From: Candidatus Heimdallarchaeota archaeon
GTDB lineage: Archaea > Asgardarchaeota > Heimdallarchaeia > Heimdallarchaeales > Heimdallarchaeaceae
Length of the DNA: 64,000 nt
Direction: 5' to 3'
Assembly (NCBI GenBank): GCA_016840095.1
Contig: JAEOSZ010000099.1
Coordinates: forward strand, 1 to 64,000
Every line of letters starts with the position of its first letter. Position 1 is the first letter of the stretch. The position numbers and the translations under genes are program-made. The notes beneath the pieces were generated by a model. The model saw only the letters and a program-made list of their open reading frames with translations. It had not been told where the DNA came from and made no database searches. Below are positions 18,996 to 29,641 of the stretch, one piece after another.

Positions 18996-19673
18996 ATGAT
19001 TGGAATTGAAGACAAACTTGTTATCAAACAGATCTACACTAACTCTCTCAAAGGTATTAAATCTTCACTATCAAGTATCTCCCGGCAATTAGGATTTTCT
19101 TTGGAATTTGTTAGTTCGCTTATTGAGTCTCTTGTAGAAAAGGGTTCAGTTGAAATTGATCCAGACAATAATTATCACTTAACTGCAACTGGGCGAAAAC
19201 TGATTTCAGTTGTTTTAACAGGTGGTACATTTGATATACTTCATGTAGGACACCTATTCACTTTCAATCAATCTAAACTCCTAGGAGATGTTTTAGTTGT
19301 TGTTCTGGCAACTGATAAAAATGTTAAGAAACTAAAGAAGCATCCAACAACTAACTCCCAAAAAGATAGGGTAGAATTAATTGATCATATAAAATCGGTT
19401 GATGCAGCAATAATCGGTGATGAGCACGATTTCATGAAGATAATGGATCTTGTTAAACCTGATCTGATAACTGTAGGATACGATCAAAAGCATGATGAAA
19501 AGGACCTTTATGATACAATATCCTCGAAAGGATATTCTCACGTAAAGATTATTCGACTTCAAAAACATGTTTCTGGCAAATCAACTTCAAAAATAGTACA
19601 AGAAATAATAAAACACAATTATAGACAGTTTGATGAGGAGGACTTAGAAACCTTATTAAAATTCCCAGATTAA
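18996..19673 (+). CDS. ribL: FAD synthetase with N-terminal winged HTH
   Basis: GGTFDILHVGH, PDLITVGYDQ, STSKI; directly follows ribK. Confidence 0.85.
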   Translation: MIGIEDKLVIKQIYTNSLKGIKSSLSSISRQLGFSLEFVSSLIESLVEKGSVEIDPDNNYHLTATGRKLISVVLTGGTFDILHVGHLFTFNQSKLLGDVLVVVLATDKNVKKLKKHPTTNSQKDRVELIDHIKSVDAAIIGDEHDFMKIMDLVKPDLITVGYDQKHDEKDLYDTISSKGYSHVKIIRLQKHVSGKSTSKIVQEIIKHNYRQFDEEDLETLLKFPD

Positions 19674-19683
19674 ATCAAATTGT

Positions 19684-21075
19684 ATGTTTGTCAAGAATAA
19701 ATCTTCCTTATTACAATTGTCAAGGAACATTTCTGAAGAGAGGTTAATAACCTCATTAATTGATATAATTGAGTATATTCTTGAGCAGGCACAACCTAAA
19801 AATCTGTTATCATCATTTATTAAAATTAGTGACGATAAACTAGTGATAAAAGATAGAAGCTTTGATTTTGATTCATATGAGAATTTTTACTTAATTTCTT
19901 TTGGAAAAGCTTCTCAAACTATGTCCTATTGGTTTTTAGAGCGTTTTCCAAGAAATTTTTCTCGTATTATAATCGTATCACCGGATGATAAAATACCTGA
20001 ATTAAATAGTTCTACAAATTTAGATTTTCACAAAACAGGTCACCCAAAACCAAATCAAGAAAGCCTCAATGCTGCAAAGAATGTTATTTCTTTGCTTGAA
20101 AAAAATACATCTAAAGATCTGTGTATTTTCCTTATCTCTGGTGGTGGTAGTTCTCTCCTAGAATATCCCGATTTTGGTTTATCTCTTGATGAATATTCAA
20201 GATTAATGGAAATTATGCTTTCTTGTGGTTCATCTATTTCTGAACTTAATACTATCAGAAAACACTTTTCGAAAATTAAGGGAGGAAAACTAGCTACATT
20301 ATCAAAAGCTTCTATTTTGACTCTAGCTATTTCTGACGTTATAGGTAATGATCTCTCGACCATAGCTTCTGGTCCAACTGTTCCAGATAAAACAACTTGG
20401 AATGATTGTGGTGAGATAATGACAAAATACTCTCTTGTTACTTCTTTACCAGATTCAATCAAAACTATACTAGAAAATGGAATAGAAGGATTTCTAGATG
20501 ATACGCCTTCTGATGAAAATAATTTCACCCATGTGAAAAACTATATTGTGGGTGACAACCTGGCTCTTCTTGAATTATTGAGTATAAAACTCAAGCTTGA
20601 TGCAACGTCTGAAATTATAGATCACAGAATACAAGGTGAAGCAAAAGATATTGGTGAAAAATTGGCTAGTATTGCAAGTACTTTGTTATCTAATCTAAAA
20701 CATGAAAAGAGAAAAACAGTTCACTATTTATTGTTTGGAGGGGAAACAACTGTAAAATTATCCTCATTGCGAGGAAGGGGAGGAAGAAATCAGGAATTAG
20801 CTTTATCTTTTGCTCTATCTTCTAAACATAATGAATCAATTTATTTTGTGAGTTTAGGTACTGATGGGATCGATGGTAATTCAGAAGCTGCTGGAGCAAT
20901 AGTCGGACCTTTTACTATATCTAATTCTGAACTAAAACTAGAAGCTAAAAAATCGTTAGCTGAAAATGACACCAATTCTTTCTTTAGCAAAAATGGAGGA
21001 GAAATTCTAACAGGACATACAGGAACCAATCTCATGGATATTGGTGTAATATGCATAGTAGTTGGGAAAGATTAA
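19684..21075 (+). CDS. Glycerate 2-kinase (MOFRL/GK-II family)
   Basis: FGKAS, GHPKP, LISGGGSSL, SDVIG...IASGPT, GGETTV, GGRNQE, GTDGIDG, TGTNLMD. Confidence 0.93.
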   Translation: MFVKNKSSLLQLSRNISEERLITSLIDIIEYILEQAQPKNLLSSFIKISDDKLVIKDRSFDFDSYENFYLISFGKASQTMSYWFLERFPRNFSRIIIVSPDDKIPELNSSTNLDFHKTGHPKPNQESLNAAKNVISLLEKNTSKDLCIFLISGGGSSLLEYPDFGLSLDEYSRLMEIMLSCGSSISELNTIRKHFSKIKGGKLATLSKASILTLAISDVIGNDLSTIASGPTVPDKTTWNDCGEIMTKYSLVTSLPDSIKTILENGIEGFLDDTPSDENNFTHVKNYIVGDNLALLELLSIKLKLDATSEIIDHRIQGEAKDIGEKLASIASTLLSNLKHEKRKTVHYLLFGGETTVKLSSLRGRGGRNQELALSFALSSKHNESIYFVSLGTDGIDGNSEAAGAIVGPFTISNSELKLEAKKSLAENDTNSFFSKNGGEILTGHTGTNLMDIGVICIVVGKD

Positions 21076-21701
21076 TCCCTATTTTCTTTATCTAAGCGTT
21101 TTTCTAAATTCTTGCTTTGTTGTGCTACAAATAAATCTGATAAAGTCCTTTCAACTAATACTCGTGCAGTGTCCTTCTTTCTTCTTAAATCTGGGACCAG
21201 ATTCTTACCAAAATCTATCTGTAGATAGGTACCATATAGTTCTTTCATGATGTTATAATAAATTTTTGCAGCGTTGATATCACCCTCAACTAGCCTTTCA
21301 AGGACATATCTTCTTAGTTCTCCTATAAGATCTGCAATTCCTAATAAATAAGCAGCATCAGTAACATCAAGATCTTCAATAGAAGTTAGTATCTTGTTTT
21401 CTATAATGTCATATAGTAATCTGGCTTCAGCATATTCTTGCATTGCAACACCAATAATGCCGGTATATGCTTGTAAATCTTCTTTCATAATTTGGTTAAT
21501 TTTTTGCATTTCTTTTTTTGCATTATCCAATTTTTCCTTAGCTTCTAGTGTTTTTCCTCTGTGGAAATTTTCAATACTTTGACCAGAAAATTTGATGATA
21601 GTTCTAGACAATTTGAGCAACTCTTCTCTGATATTATCACTCTGTTGAAGACGTTCTTCAATTTTTGTTGCACTTTCTTGAAAATTAATTGTGTCAACCA
21701 T
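21072..21701 (-). CDS. Translin/C3PO family endoribonuclease
   Basis: QEYAEA, YLLGIADLIGELRR, LRRKKD; ATG 21701 is the likely start. Confidence 0.9.
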   Translation of the reverse strand: MVDTINFQESATKIEERLQQSDNIREELLKLSRTIIKFSGQSIENFHRGKTLEAKEKLDNAKKEMQKINQIMKEDLQAYTGIIGVAMQEYAEARLLYDIIENKILTSIEDLDVTDAAYLLGIADLIGELRRYVLERLVEGDINAAKIYYNIMKELYGTYLQIDFGKNLVPDLRRKKDTARVLVERTLSDLFVAQQSKNLEKRLDKENRD

Positions 21702-21827
21702 ATTGTTCAATAGATTGATTTTTTTGTATTTCAAATATCTTGTGTTTGATATGTATCTATGACAAAGAACAAGAATTTAATAGTGGCATTCTTTTTGTAA
21801 TCAGAAAGACTCTAGGACGATTATATT

Positions 21828-22901
21828 ATGTTTCTTTCCTACTATGCTAATTTGTTAAAACGAGTCGATGCTTCTTTAAAGGAATTTATACACAAAAATG
21901 CCAAAGGTATCGATACAAACGAATTTTTACAATATTACTATGACGAAATAGAAAAATTTCTTTTCTCTGGAGGAAAAAGAATTAGACCAATTCTTATGAT
22001 TACAGCTGGAACAGCTGTAAAACCTGATGTCAATATGGAAGGTATCATTAAAGCATCTCTTTCTCTGGAATTGTTACATAATGCAAGTCTCATACATGAT
22101 GATATAATGGATAATGCTGAAACTAGAAGAGGTGAAACAGTTTTTCACAAAGTTTTAGGTCAATATTCAAAACAACACTACAATAGTACAATCCAAAACC
22201 ATGCAGATTTTGGTGTTGCAATGGGTATTTTGGGAGGAGACTTTGTTTATAATATGGCTTACAAAGCTATACATGTAAATGATTTTCCTTCAGAAAGCGT
22301 TCTTAAGGCTTCTTTAGTATTTAATGAAGGTTTCTTCAAGATAGTTCGTGGGGTAATAATTGAAACAGATTTCATGGGTAAGAACAATATCTCAGAAAAT
22401 GAATATTTGGAAATGATTTATGGTAAAACAGCTGCATTGTTTGAAACAGCTACAGTAATGGGTGCAATATTAGCAAATGCAACAGAATCACAAATAGAGA
22501 ATCTTAGATATTTTGGAAAATATGTAGGAATAGCATTTCAAATTGTAGATGATATAATTGGAACATTTGGGAATACTAAGAAAACTGGAAAACCCACTGA
22601 TAGCGATATCAAAGAAGGTAAGAAAACACTTCTTCTAATTAAAGCATTAGAAATTGCAAACGAGTCTGAGAGAGAAATACTCGAACGAGTAGCTGGAAAC
22701 AGAAATGCAAGTAGTGAAGACGTAGAATCTGTCAGAGAAATTTTCGAAACTACAGATGCTCTCAAGTATTCAAAGGAAAAAGCCGAGGAACAATATCAAT
22801 TGAGTCTTTCATACTTAGAAAAAGCTGACCCAGAACTCGATATTAAATTTAAAACCTATCTCAAAGATATTGCAGAAAAAGGTGTAAATCGAGATACTTA
22901 A
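21828..22901 (+). CDS. idsA: Geranylgeranyl diphosphate synthase
   Basis: GGKRIRP, SLIHDDIMD, RRG, KTAALF, FQIVDDIIG, GKKT. Confidence 0.92.
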   Translation: MFLSYYANLLKRVDASLKEFIHKNAKGIDTNEFLQYYYDEIEKFLFSGGKRIRPILMITAGTAVKPDVNMEGIIKASLSLELLHNASLIHDDIMDNAETRRGETVFHKVLGQYSKQHYNSTIQNHADFGVAMGILGGDFVYNMAYKAIHVNDFPSESVLKASLVFNEGFFKIVRGVIIETDFMGKNNISENEYLEMIYGKTAALFETATVMGAILANATESQIENLRYFGKYVGIAFQIVDDIIGTFGNTKKTGKPTDSDIKEGKKTLLLIKALEIANESEREILERVAGNRNASSEDVESVREIFETTDALKYSKEKAEEQYQLSLSYLEKADPELDIKFKTYLKDIAEKGVNRDT

Positions 22902-22913
22902 TGGTGATTCTTA

Positions 22914-23705
22914 ATGGATTTATCAACAGCAGAAATTGTCTGCTTAGGAAATGAATTGTTAATAGGTGTAACTACCAACACTAATGCTACATTCATTGGA
23001 GAACAACTTACAAAACTTGGGATTGAGGTTAGAAGAATAACTTGTATTAGAGATGACTTGGATTTAGCAGTAGAGTTCTTTCATGAGCTGTTTCAAAGAG
23101 AACCAGACATAATAATCGTATCTGGTGGTCTTGGACCAACATATGACGATATCCAAATGGAAGTTCTCTCAAAAGCAACAAATATTGAACTAGTAAAAAC
23201 CTCTAAGGCTCTTGAACAAATAGAGAAATATTATTCATCAAGAAACTTGTCTTTAACCGAAGAAAGAGAGAAAATGGCTTATCTTCCATCAAATGCTTTA
23301 GTTTTTGATAACAATGTTGGAAGTGCTCCTGGTTGTCATTTTGAATATAATGGAATGAACATTTATTGTTTACCCGGTGTGCCAACAGAAATGAAAGACA
23401 TTATGACTAGACATATAATCCCAAAATTGAAAGAAGTGAATAATGAAGAATTAATTGAAAAAAAATTTCAGATATTCGGATGTGTGGAGAGTCAACTTGC
23501 ACCTTATATTAATGATCTTAAGAATGAATATATGAATCTGTACATAAAATCTCATCCAGCTTACAAAGATAAGCAAGGAATCGTTATTCACATCTCAGGA
23601 GTAGGATCTGAAATCAAAACTCAAGTTGAAGATGCGATTTCAAAGCTAAGAGAATATTTTAAGAATAATTTCCCTAATACTAAGATAATAGATTTGGAGG
23701 AGTAA
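22914..23705 (+). CDS. CinA N-terminal-like (molybdopterin-binding fold) protein
   Basis: GNELLIG...NTNA, GGLGPTYDD, GSAPG, LPGVPTEM, YIKSHP. Confidence 0.88.
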   Translation: MDLSTAEIVCLGNELLIGVTTNTNATFIGEQLTKLGIEVRRITCIRDDLDLAVEFFHELFQREPDIIIVSGGLGPTYDDIQMEVLSKATNIELVKTSKALEQIEKYYSSRNLSLTEEREKMAYLPSNALVFDNNVGSAPGCHFEYNGMNIYCLPGVPTEMKDIMTRHIIPKLKEVNNEELIEKKFQIFGCVESQLAPYINDLKNEYMNLYIKSHPAYKDKQGIVIHISGVGSEIKTQVEDAISKLREYFKNNFPNTKIIDLEE

Positions 23706-23710
23706 GAATA

Positions 23711-24490
23711 ATGGCAAAAAGATATTATACAATATTTATGTTAGGAACCGCTGGAAGTGGAAAAACTGTTTTAACAAAAACTATGCTCGATTGGTTTAAT
23801 GAAAAGAAACTAGATGTAATTACACTTAATCTTGATGCGGGAGTTAGACGGTTACCCTATAATCCAGATATAGATGTGAGAGATATTGTAAATATCGATA
23901 ATTTGACTGATAAGCTAGATTTAGGACCGAATGGTGCGATGATTGCAAGTATGGATCTTATTGCTACAAAAATAGATACCGTTCGAGATGAAATTGATTA
24001 TATAAAACCAGAATATCTTCTTGTGGACACACCAGGGCAAATAGAGTTATTTGCATATAGGAGTAGTGGAAGATTAGTTTCCTCAGTTATAGCAGAAGGA
24101 AGTCAACCTGCTTCAATTTTCTTAATTGATCCATCACTTGCTTTAAGACCAGAAGGATTTTCTAGTATCTTATTACTTAGTGTTTCAGTTGCATTTCAAC
24201 TGGCTTTACCTCAAATAACAGCTATTTCTAAATCAGATATAATTGAAAAAGAACAAATGGAACATCTGGAAAATTGGATTGATTCTCCAGAATCCTTAGT
24301 TACTGATTTGCAGCGTAGTGGTATTGTTTCTTTATCTCAACAACTTGGTATGAGTATAATTGACATCTTACAACAATTCAAGTCTACAGGTGATCTACTC
24401 CCTATAAGTTCAAATACAGGATATAATATTGACACACTAATTGCTTTGTTAGAAAGGGACTGGGGAGAAAGAGATGACTTCTATGAATAG
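23711..24490 (+). CDS. GPN-loop GTPase
   Basis: GTAGSGKT, NLD, LGPNGA, DTPGQIELF. Confidence 0.95.
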   Translation: MAKRYYTIFMLGTAGSGKTVLTKTMLDWFNEKKLDVITLNLDAGVRRLPYNPDIDVRDIVNIDNLTDKLDLGPNGAMIASMDLIATKIDTVRDEIDYIKPEYLLVDTPGQIELFAYRSSGRLVSSVIAEGSQPASIFLIDPSLALRPEGFSSILLLSVSVAFQLALPQITAISKSDIIEKEQMEHLENWIDSPESLVTDLQRSGIVSLSQQLGMSIIDILQQFKSTGDLLPISSNTGYNIDTLIALLERDWGERDDFYE

Positions 24491-24504
24491 ATATTGTTGT
24501 TAAT

Positions 24505-25275
24505 CTAAGATCCATATCTTCTTTGTCTTCTTTGATAGGTTCTGATAGCTCTCCATAGATCTATTCTTCTGAAAAGTGGCCAATGAACCTCTGCAAAATA
24601 ATATTCAGAAAATGCTGATTGCCATAAGAGAAATCCCGACAACCTTTCTTCTCCTGATGTTCTAATGATTAGGTCTGGATCTGAAAGACCATTAGTGTAT
24701 AGGTGATTGCTAATTAATTCTTCGTCAATATCATCGAAATCAATGTTCCCACCCTTTACCTTATCAAGAATACGTTTCAGTGCATCTACAATTTCTGCAC
24801 GACCACCATAAGCCATGCAGATATTTAGTATGAAGTTGTCGTGCATTTTGGTTGCGTTCTCAGTCAATTTGATTTCTTCTTGAACGCTTTCTGGAAGGAG
24901 GTTTAATCTTCCTAAAACCTTAACTTTTACTTGATTTTTGTAAATACGTTTATCTTCTCTAATTTTTCTTAAATTATCAATTGCAAGTTTCATAATTGAC
25001 TTTACTTGGTCATCAGGACGTGAGAAATTTTCAGTCGAAAATACCCAACAAGTTATTACTTTTACATCAAGCTCCCAGCACCAATCTAGAACTTCTTCAA
25101 GTTTATCAGCACCAAGTTCATAGCCAGTTTTATAGTCGACACCTAACATTTTACTAGCTCGCCTATTACCATCTAAAATAATACCAATGTGTTTTGGAAT
25201 AGGCTTACTTCTAATTTCTGAAGAAAGCTTCCTTTCGTATAATCTGTAGATGAATTTAGGAGTTAATAATCGCAT
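24505..25275 (-). CDS. uppS: cis-prenyltransferase (polyprenyl diphosphate synthase)
   Basis: HIGIILDGNRR, FSTENFSR, YGGRAEI, DLIIRTSGEERLSGFLLWQ, RRYG. Confidence 0.96.
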   Translation of the reverse strand: MRLLTPKFIYRLYERKLSSEIRSKPIPKHIGIILDGNRRASKMLGVDYKTGYELGADKLEEVLDWCWELDVKVITCWVFSTENFSRPDDQVKSIMKLAIDNLRKIREDKRIYKNQVKVKVLGRLNLLPESVQEEIKLTENATKMHDNFILNICMAYGGRAEIVDALKRILDKVKGGNIDFDDIDEELISNHLYTNGLSDPDLIIRTSGEERLSGFLLWQSAFSEYYFAEVHWPLFRRIDLWRAIRTYQRRQRRYGS

Positions 25276-25415
25276 AGGTTTCCCAGCTATAGAGATTTTG
25301 AGCTTCTTACGGGATTATCTTGAAAAATTACTTTATTAATGCTTGGTTTTGTAATTATTCAAAAATTTACTGGAAAAGAATTTAACAAAAATACTACTTA
25401 GAAGATGAAAGAATT

Positions 25416-26324
25416 CTAAATCAAACCATTTTCTACCAATAGTCTAAATTCATCAAGAGAAAGGTTTTCTCCATCTTCATATTTCTTGAATGCTTGATTA
25501 ACACTTTCTTCAATGCTAGATTTGATCCTATCTTTGATTTTCTGTCTATGTTCATTCTGAGCTTTTTTCAAGAGTTTTTTAAGCTCATTTTTCTCTGTAA
25601 CTTTAGCTAGAAATTCTTTATGAAAATTATCTGCTTTTTTCTTGTTACTCAGGAATTCTTTGTGATATTCTGTAGCCTTTTTTCGTAAAGCATTGATCTG
25701 ATGGAAATGCTGATTCATTAGATTGTGGTAGATTTGAGATTCTTTTGCTGAATCTACTATTTGAATATGTAATTGATTAATCTGTTTTTGGGAGGATGAG
25801 ATTTTTTTCCATAATTCTGTTTGATGAGTAGTTATATGGACTTCTTCTGCTATTTGATTTAGATTATCAGAAAGTTTTTCCAGTATTTGGATCATCTCTT
25901 TTTCTTCTTCTGGTTTTAAAACACTAGTTTGCAATTTCCACTCTAAACCGTCAATCTTTGCATTTAAAGTACTCATACTTCTTCTTTTCTTTCGAATATC
26001 GCTCTTATCTAGAGATTGTTCTTTTTTTACTATGTCCTCTAGAGTTTTCTTATCAGACTTTAAGCCCTCTTGCAGTTCCTTCCTTTTCTTCTTCAGTTGC
26101 TTAACCTGTGTGTTTAAATCATCTCGTTTACTTGTGAACTCTTTGGCTTTTTCCAATAATTCATGAATCTCTTTGTTGACTTCATTTCTTGAGCTGAGAG
26201 AATCTTTTGTGAATTGATTATGTTCATTTCTCTGATTTTTAAGGCGATTGATGCTTTCTTCTAGTTTACCTAGCTTAACTACTAGATTTTCTCCAGCAAA
26301 AAGTTCTTTGGATTTGTCTCCCAT
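25416..26324 (-). CDS. Conserved archaeal coiled-coil protein (COG1340-like)
   Basis: RDDLN repeats, LEWKLQTSVL..EEEKE, repeated A..YH/FH, GENLSLDEFRLL. Confidence 0.8.
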   Translation of the reverse strand: MGDKSKELFAGENLVVKLGKLEESINRLKNQRNEHNQFTKDSLSSRNEVNKEIHELLEKAKEFTSKRDDLNTQVKQLKKKRKELQEGLKSDKKTLEDIVKKEQSLDKSDIRKKRRSMSTLNAKIDGLEWKLQTSVLKPEEEKEMIQILEKLSDNLNQIAEEVHITTHQTELWKKISSSQKQINQLHIQIVDSAKESQIYHNLMNQHFHQINALRKKATEYHKEFLSNKKKADNFHKEFLAKVTEKNELKKLLKKAQNEHRQKIKDRIKSSIEESVNQAFKKYEDGENLSLDEFRLLVENGLI

Positions 26325-26445
26325 TATTTCAGCTCAAGTCTTGAAAAGAGTATGGTTTTTAAAGGTTTTTCGTAAGCTGACAATAGCTTACATAGTGTGT
26401 ACATGTTACTATGATTAGTTGAATTACAAAGAAAAATAGATAAAA

Positions 26446-26835
26446 TCAGTTAAGTTGTCTTTCAACTTCTTGAGCTGCTCTAGCCATATCAAGAAACACT
26501 AAACCCAATTTTGCCTCTTTTCTAGCAGAAACAGTTAGAACTGCATTTTGTCCAGCAGCGATTGTAATAATATATCCATAAGCTCCTTCGATGAAAATCT
26601 TTTCTAGTTCTCCTCTTTGCATTTCTTGAGCTACTCTTTCTCCAAGTGAAAGCATTGCTGCTGTCATAGCAGCTAAACGAGCTTCTTCAATCTCCTGAGG
26701 AAGAACTGAAGCTATTGGTAATCCTTCTATAGATACAATTGCTGCACTTTCAATTTCAGGAACTTTTATTTTAAGATCACTTAATGTAGTCTTTAGTTCA
26801 TTTGTCTTGTTTTCGAATGTTATCCCAAAAGCCAT
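26446..26835 (-). CDS. Roadblock/LC7 (MglB-like) protein
   Basis: AIVSIEGLPIAS, AAMTAAMLSLGER, AKLGLVFLDM. Confidence 0.93.
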   Translation of the reverse strand: MAFGITFENKTNELKTTLSDLKIKVPEIESAAIVSIEGLPIASVLPQEIEEARLAAMTAAMLSLGERVAQEMQRGELEKIFIEGAYGYIITIAAGQNAVLTVSARKEAKLGLVFLDMARAAQEVERQLN

Positions 26836-26950
26836 CCAGATTACCTACTCATTGATAACTTAGCTACATCTTATAAATGCAGCTATTGCTTGTACATCTA
26901 TCACAACATTACTTTTAAACTTATTTGGTTGGGCAAAAGAAAGTTCTAGA

Positions 26951-28153
26951 CTAAATCTCTTTTAACTTTTCTTTTTGCTTTGAAACGTATTCCCGAATCA
27001 TTTCAGATGAAGGCAGTTTTGTCATAATGTTTCCATTTTCCATTACTTTTTCCAGCAATTTGCTCATTTTTTTACCACAAACTTGACATTCAATTTCTTC
27101 CTTAGAAAAATCATCACATAGGAAAGTATGACATTTCTCACAATATCCAATTTGTTTTCTTCCTGCAAATTTTCCTCTTTTTGCAATTGTTTCTTCTTCA
27201 AGTTCTACTATATCAAGTGCAAAGTCAATTGTAGGACTATTAGCAACATAGGTTCCAATACCAAACCCATCTGCTACATCCCTGAGTTCCAGTATAGATT
27301 CTTCATTAAGACCACCACTGAGAAAAATCTTAATGTCCTCTCTGTTTCTCTGCTTGAGTTCCCATTTGATTTCACGGATAATGTCTCTGAAACTTCCTTT
27401 TCTGGAACTTGGTGTATCTAATCTAACACCTGAAAGCTTTTCTCCAATTGCATCCAAGGCTTGAAGCACTTCAACTCGTTCGTCATTGAAGGTATCTGCA
27501 AGAGCTATTCTAGAAACTTCGGGATTGATATGTTTGTCAAAGGAAATCATTGCATCTTTGATTCCACCTTTAATCATAATAAATGCATGAGGTATGGTTC
27601 CGGTTGCATCTATTCCTAGTTTTTCGGCACTTAAAACACATGAAACACCATCGAATCCAGCAATATAGCAAGCTCGATCAATTATCGGGGCTATTGTGGG
27701 AGGCATTCTTCGAATACCAAAAGATAAGAGAGTTTTATCATCTGCAGCTTTTCTTAGTCGAAGAGCTGATGTCCCGACACCTGATTGAAAACAAAGAAGA
27801 CCAAGTAAAGGTGTTTCGTAAATCGCGAAATCTCCATAATTCCCTTCAATTACTAGAAAAGGCAACTTAACACCGTTGATATCTGTATATGGTAAAACAG
27901 TTCCTTCCTTTATAGAATAAACATTTACAGGTAACTTAGCTTCAGATAATAAATGTAGAACATCTTGTAATCCAAGAAAAACTAGGTTTTTACCATCTCT
28001 GGGTATCCCGCCTGTTGTAACTTCTGTCCAGACTTTGATTTTTTCTAAGTTGTCTTCCTTAAGACATTCTTTTGTTCTTACAAAGTAAACATCAGTAGTT
28101 TTACCTTCAATAATTTCCTCTTCAGTAGCAAACCACTTTTCCAATTCTATCAA
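26951..28153 (-). CDS. pncB: Nicotinate phosphoribosyltransferase
   Basis: TDVYF, SFGIRR, GTIPHA, VRLDTPSSRKG, SGGL, AKRGK, C-terminal zinc ribbon. Confidence 0.93.
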   Translation of the reverse strand: MIELEKWFATEEEIIEGKTTDVYFVRTKECLKEDNLEKIKVWTEVTTGGIPRDGKNLVFLGLQDVLHLLSEAKLPVNVYSIKEGTVLPYTDINGVKLPFLVIEGNYGDFAIYETPLLGLLCFQSGVGTSALRLRKAADDKTLLSFGIRRMPPTIAPIIDRACYIAGFDGVSCVLSAEKLGIDATGTIPHAFIMIKGGIKDAMISFDKHINPEVSRIALADTFNDERVEVLQALDAIGEKLSGVRLDTPSSRKGSFRDIIREIKWELKQRNREDIKIFLSGGLNEESILELRDVADGFGIGTYVANSPTIDFALDIVELEEETIAKRGKFAGRKQIGYCEKCHTFLCDDFSKEEIECQVCGKKMSKLLEKVMENGNIMTKLPSSEMIREYVSKQKEKLKEI

Positions 28154-28270
28154 CCACTGAACAATGACTAGAGGTTAATTTAAGGTTTATTCTGATGAGG
28201 AAAGAATTGATGCAAAAAACAAATACTTTTCCTAGTAAAGATTTTGATTTATTAATTTAAACCTTAGATT

Positions 28271-29485
28271 TCAGAAAACTAACTTGATTTCCTTGTTTGT
28301 AAATTCTATAATTCTCTCTTCAACTGATTTTGAAGTTGATGCAATTTTTTCCTCAACTCCTTCCAGTTCTCTTCTAAGTGAGAGAGTAATTCTATTTCTA
28401 TCAATTGTTAGATTATCGATGTCTTGTTCAAATTTCTTAATTTTCACAAAAAGCTGCATATCTTCGAATTTATGGTGTATTGCTTCATTTTGTTTTACAA
28501 TGAATTGAGATCTCTTCTGATTTTCTAATAGGTCATCATTGACTATCTCATCTATGTTATCAAAGGCTCTCTGGAGTTTTTCCTTTTTCATTTGAATTGC
28601 AGGGTCAATACTAATTTCTTTTAGATTTTGAAGTGTTGATTTTATCCCGCGATAACCTTCTGATTCTTTAATAAAAAGATTTAAAGGATCTTTTATCAGA
28701 CTCTTCATTACTTCTTTGTCATAAGTATCAAGATCTATTTTCTTGTTATCTGAAGCTCTTAGTACCTTGCTACACAATTTTTTAATTTCAGAAACCTTGT
28801 TTGAAATTGTAATTTCTATGTGATCTAGTTCTTTTTTGTTGTTTTCTAGCTGTATGAAACCCGGATGATTCTTTAGTTGATCTAATTTTACTTGTTGTTT
28901 TTCGATTTCTTTGGTTAGCTTCTCAACCTCATCTGCATGTGAGTTTATTTCTTCTTCAAGCTCATAATTTCTCTCAACTAATTGAGTGAGAATTTCAATA
29001 TCATCGAGAACTTTTTCTTTTGGTATAATCTCTGCATAACTTACCATTGTTTTAGTTTCAAAATTATGAATTTCTTCTTTAAGTCGAGTAAGAGATCTAT
29101 CCAAGCTTTTTACTTTATCCTTGTAAGATCTATCTCGTTTTAACCAGGAAAGATATTTTGCTAGGAAACTCAAATATGAATTTACTTTGTTCTTTAAGGA
29201 TATTGCAAAATCTTCTAGATTGTTGTAAGTAATATCTTCAGGGATCTCAATGTCTTCAAATATTTCATGTGTCTTGTTGTAAATAGTGGTAGCATAATTC
29301 TGGTAAACATCTGGATCTTTAATATCAGAATAATCAAAGCGATGAGCTGAGCTTTTTAATTCTTCAACCTTATCGTTGATAGATCTAATATGCTTATTAG
29401 CACTATTTCTGTATCCTGAAAAACTTGAGGATACTTTGCTATTAAACCATTCATATACTTTTTCTAAAGGTATTTCTTGGGACAT
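28271..29485 (-). CDS. All-helical/coiled-coil hypothetical protein
   Basis: 404 aa, heptad-rich, no NTPase motifs. Confidence 0.75.
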   Translation of the reverse strand: MSQEIPLEKVYEWFNSKVSSSFSGYRNSANKHIRSINDKVEELKSSAHRFDYSDIKDPDVYQNYATTIYNKTHEIFEDIEIPEDITYNNLEDFAISLKNKVNSYLSFLAKYLSWLKRDRSYKDKVKSLDRSLTRLKEEIHNFETKTMVSYAEIIPKEKVLDDIEILTQLVERNYELEEEINSHADEVEKLTKEIEKQQVKLDQLKNHPGFIQLENNKKELDHIEITISNKVSEIKKLCSKVLRASDNKKIDLDTYDKEVMKSLIKDPLNLFIKESEGYRGIKSTLQNLKEISIDPAIQMKKEKLQRAFDNIDEIVNDDLLENQKRSQFIVKQNEAIHHKFEDMQLFVKIKKFEQDIDNLTIDRNRITLSLRRELEGVEEKIASTSKSVEERIIEFTNKEIKLVF

Positions 29486-29641
29486 TGATACCTACCTACC
29501 ACTCGGTTATAAACCTATATAATTATAATGTTTTCTAATTTGAATATGATACTTATTAAATTGTTTGCAGAAACAGAGTTTTCAACTAATTTTTCTAGCT
29601 AGAAAAGAAAATTTGTTAAGTTACCTCACCAAGTGTGCACA

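Noticed and set aside
28271-29485. SMC/Rad50 or ESCRT-III assignment for the coiled-coil proteins (also 25416..26324)
   Set aside because: No Walker motifs, zinc hook or Snf7-type pattern visible.
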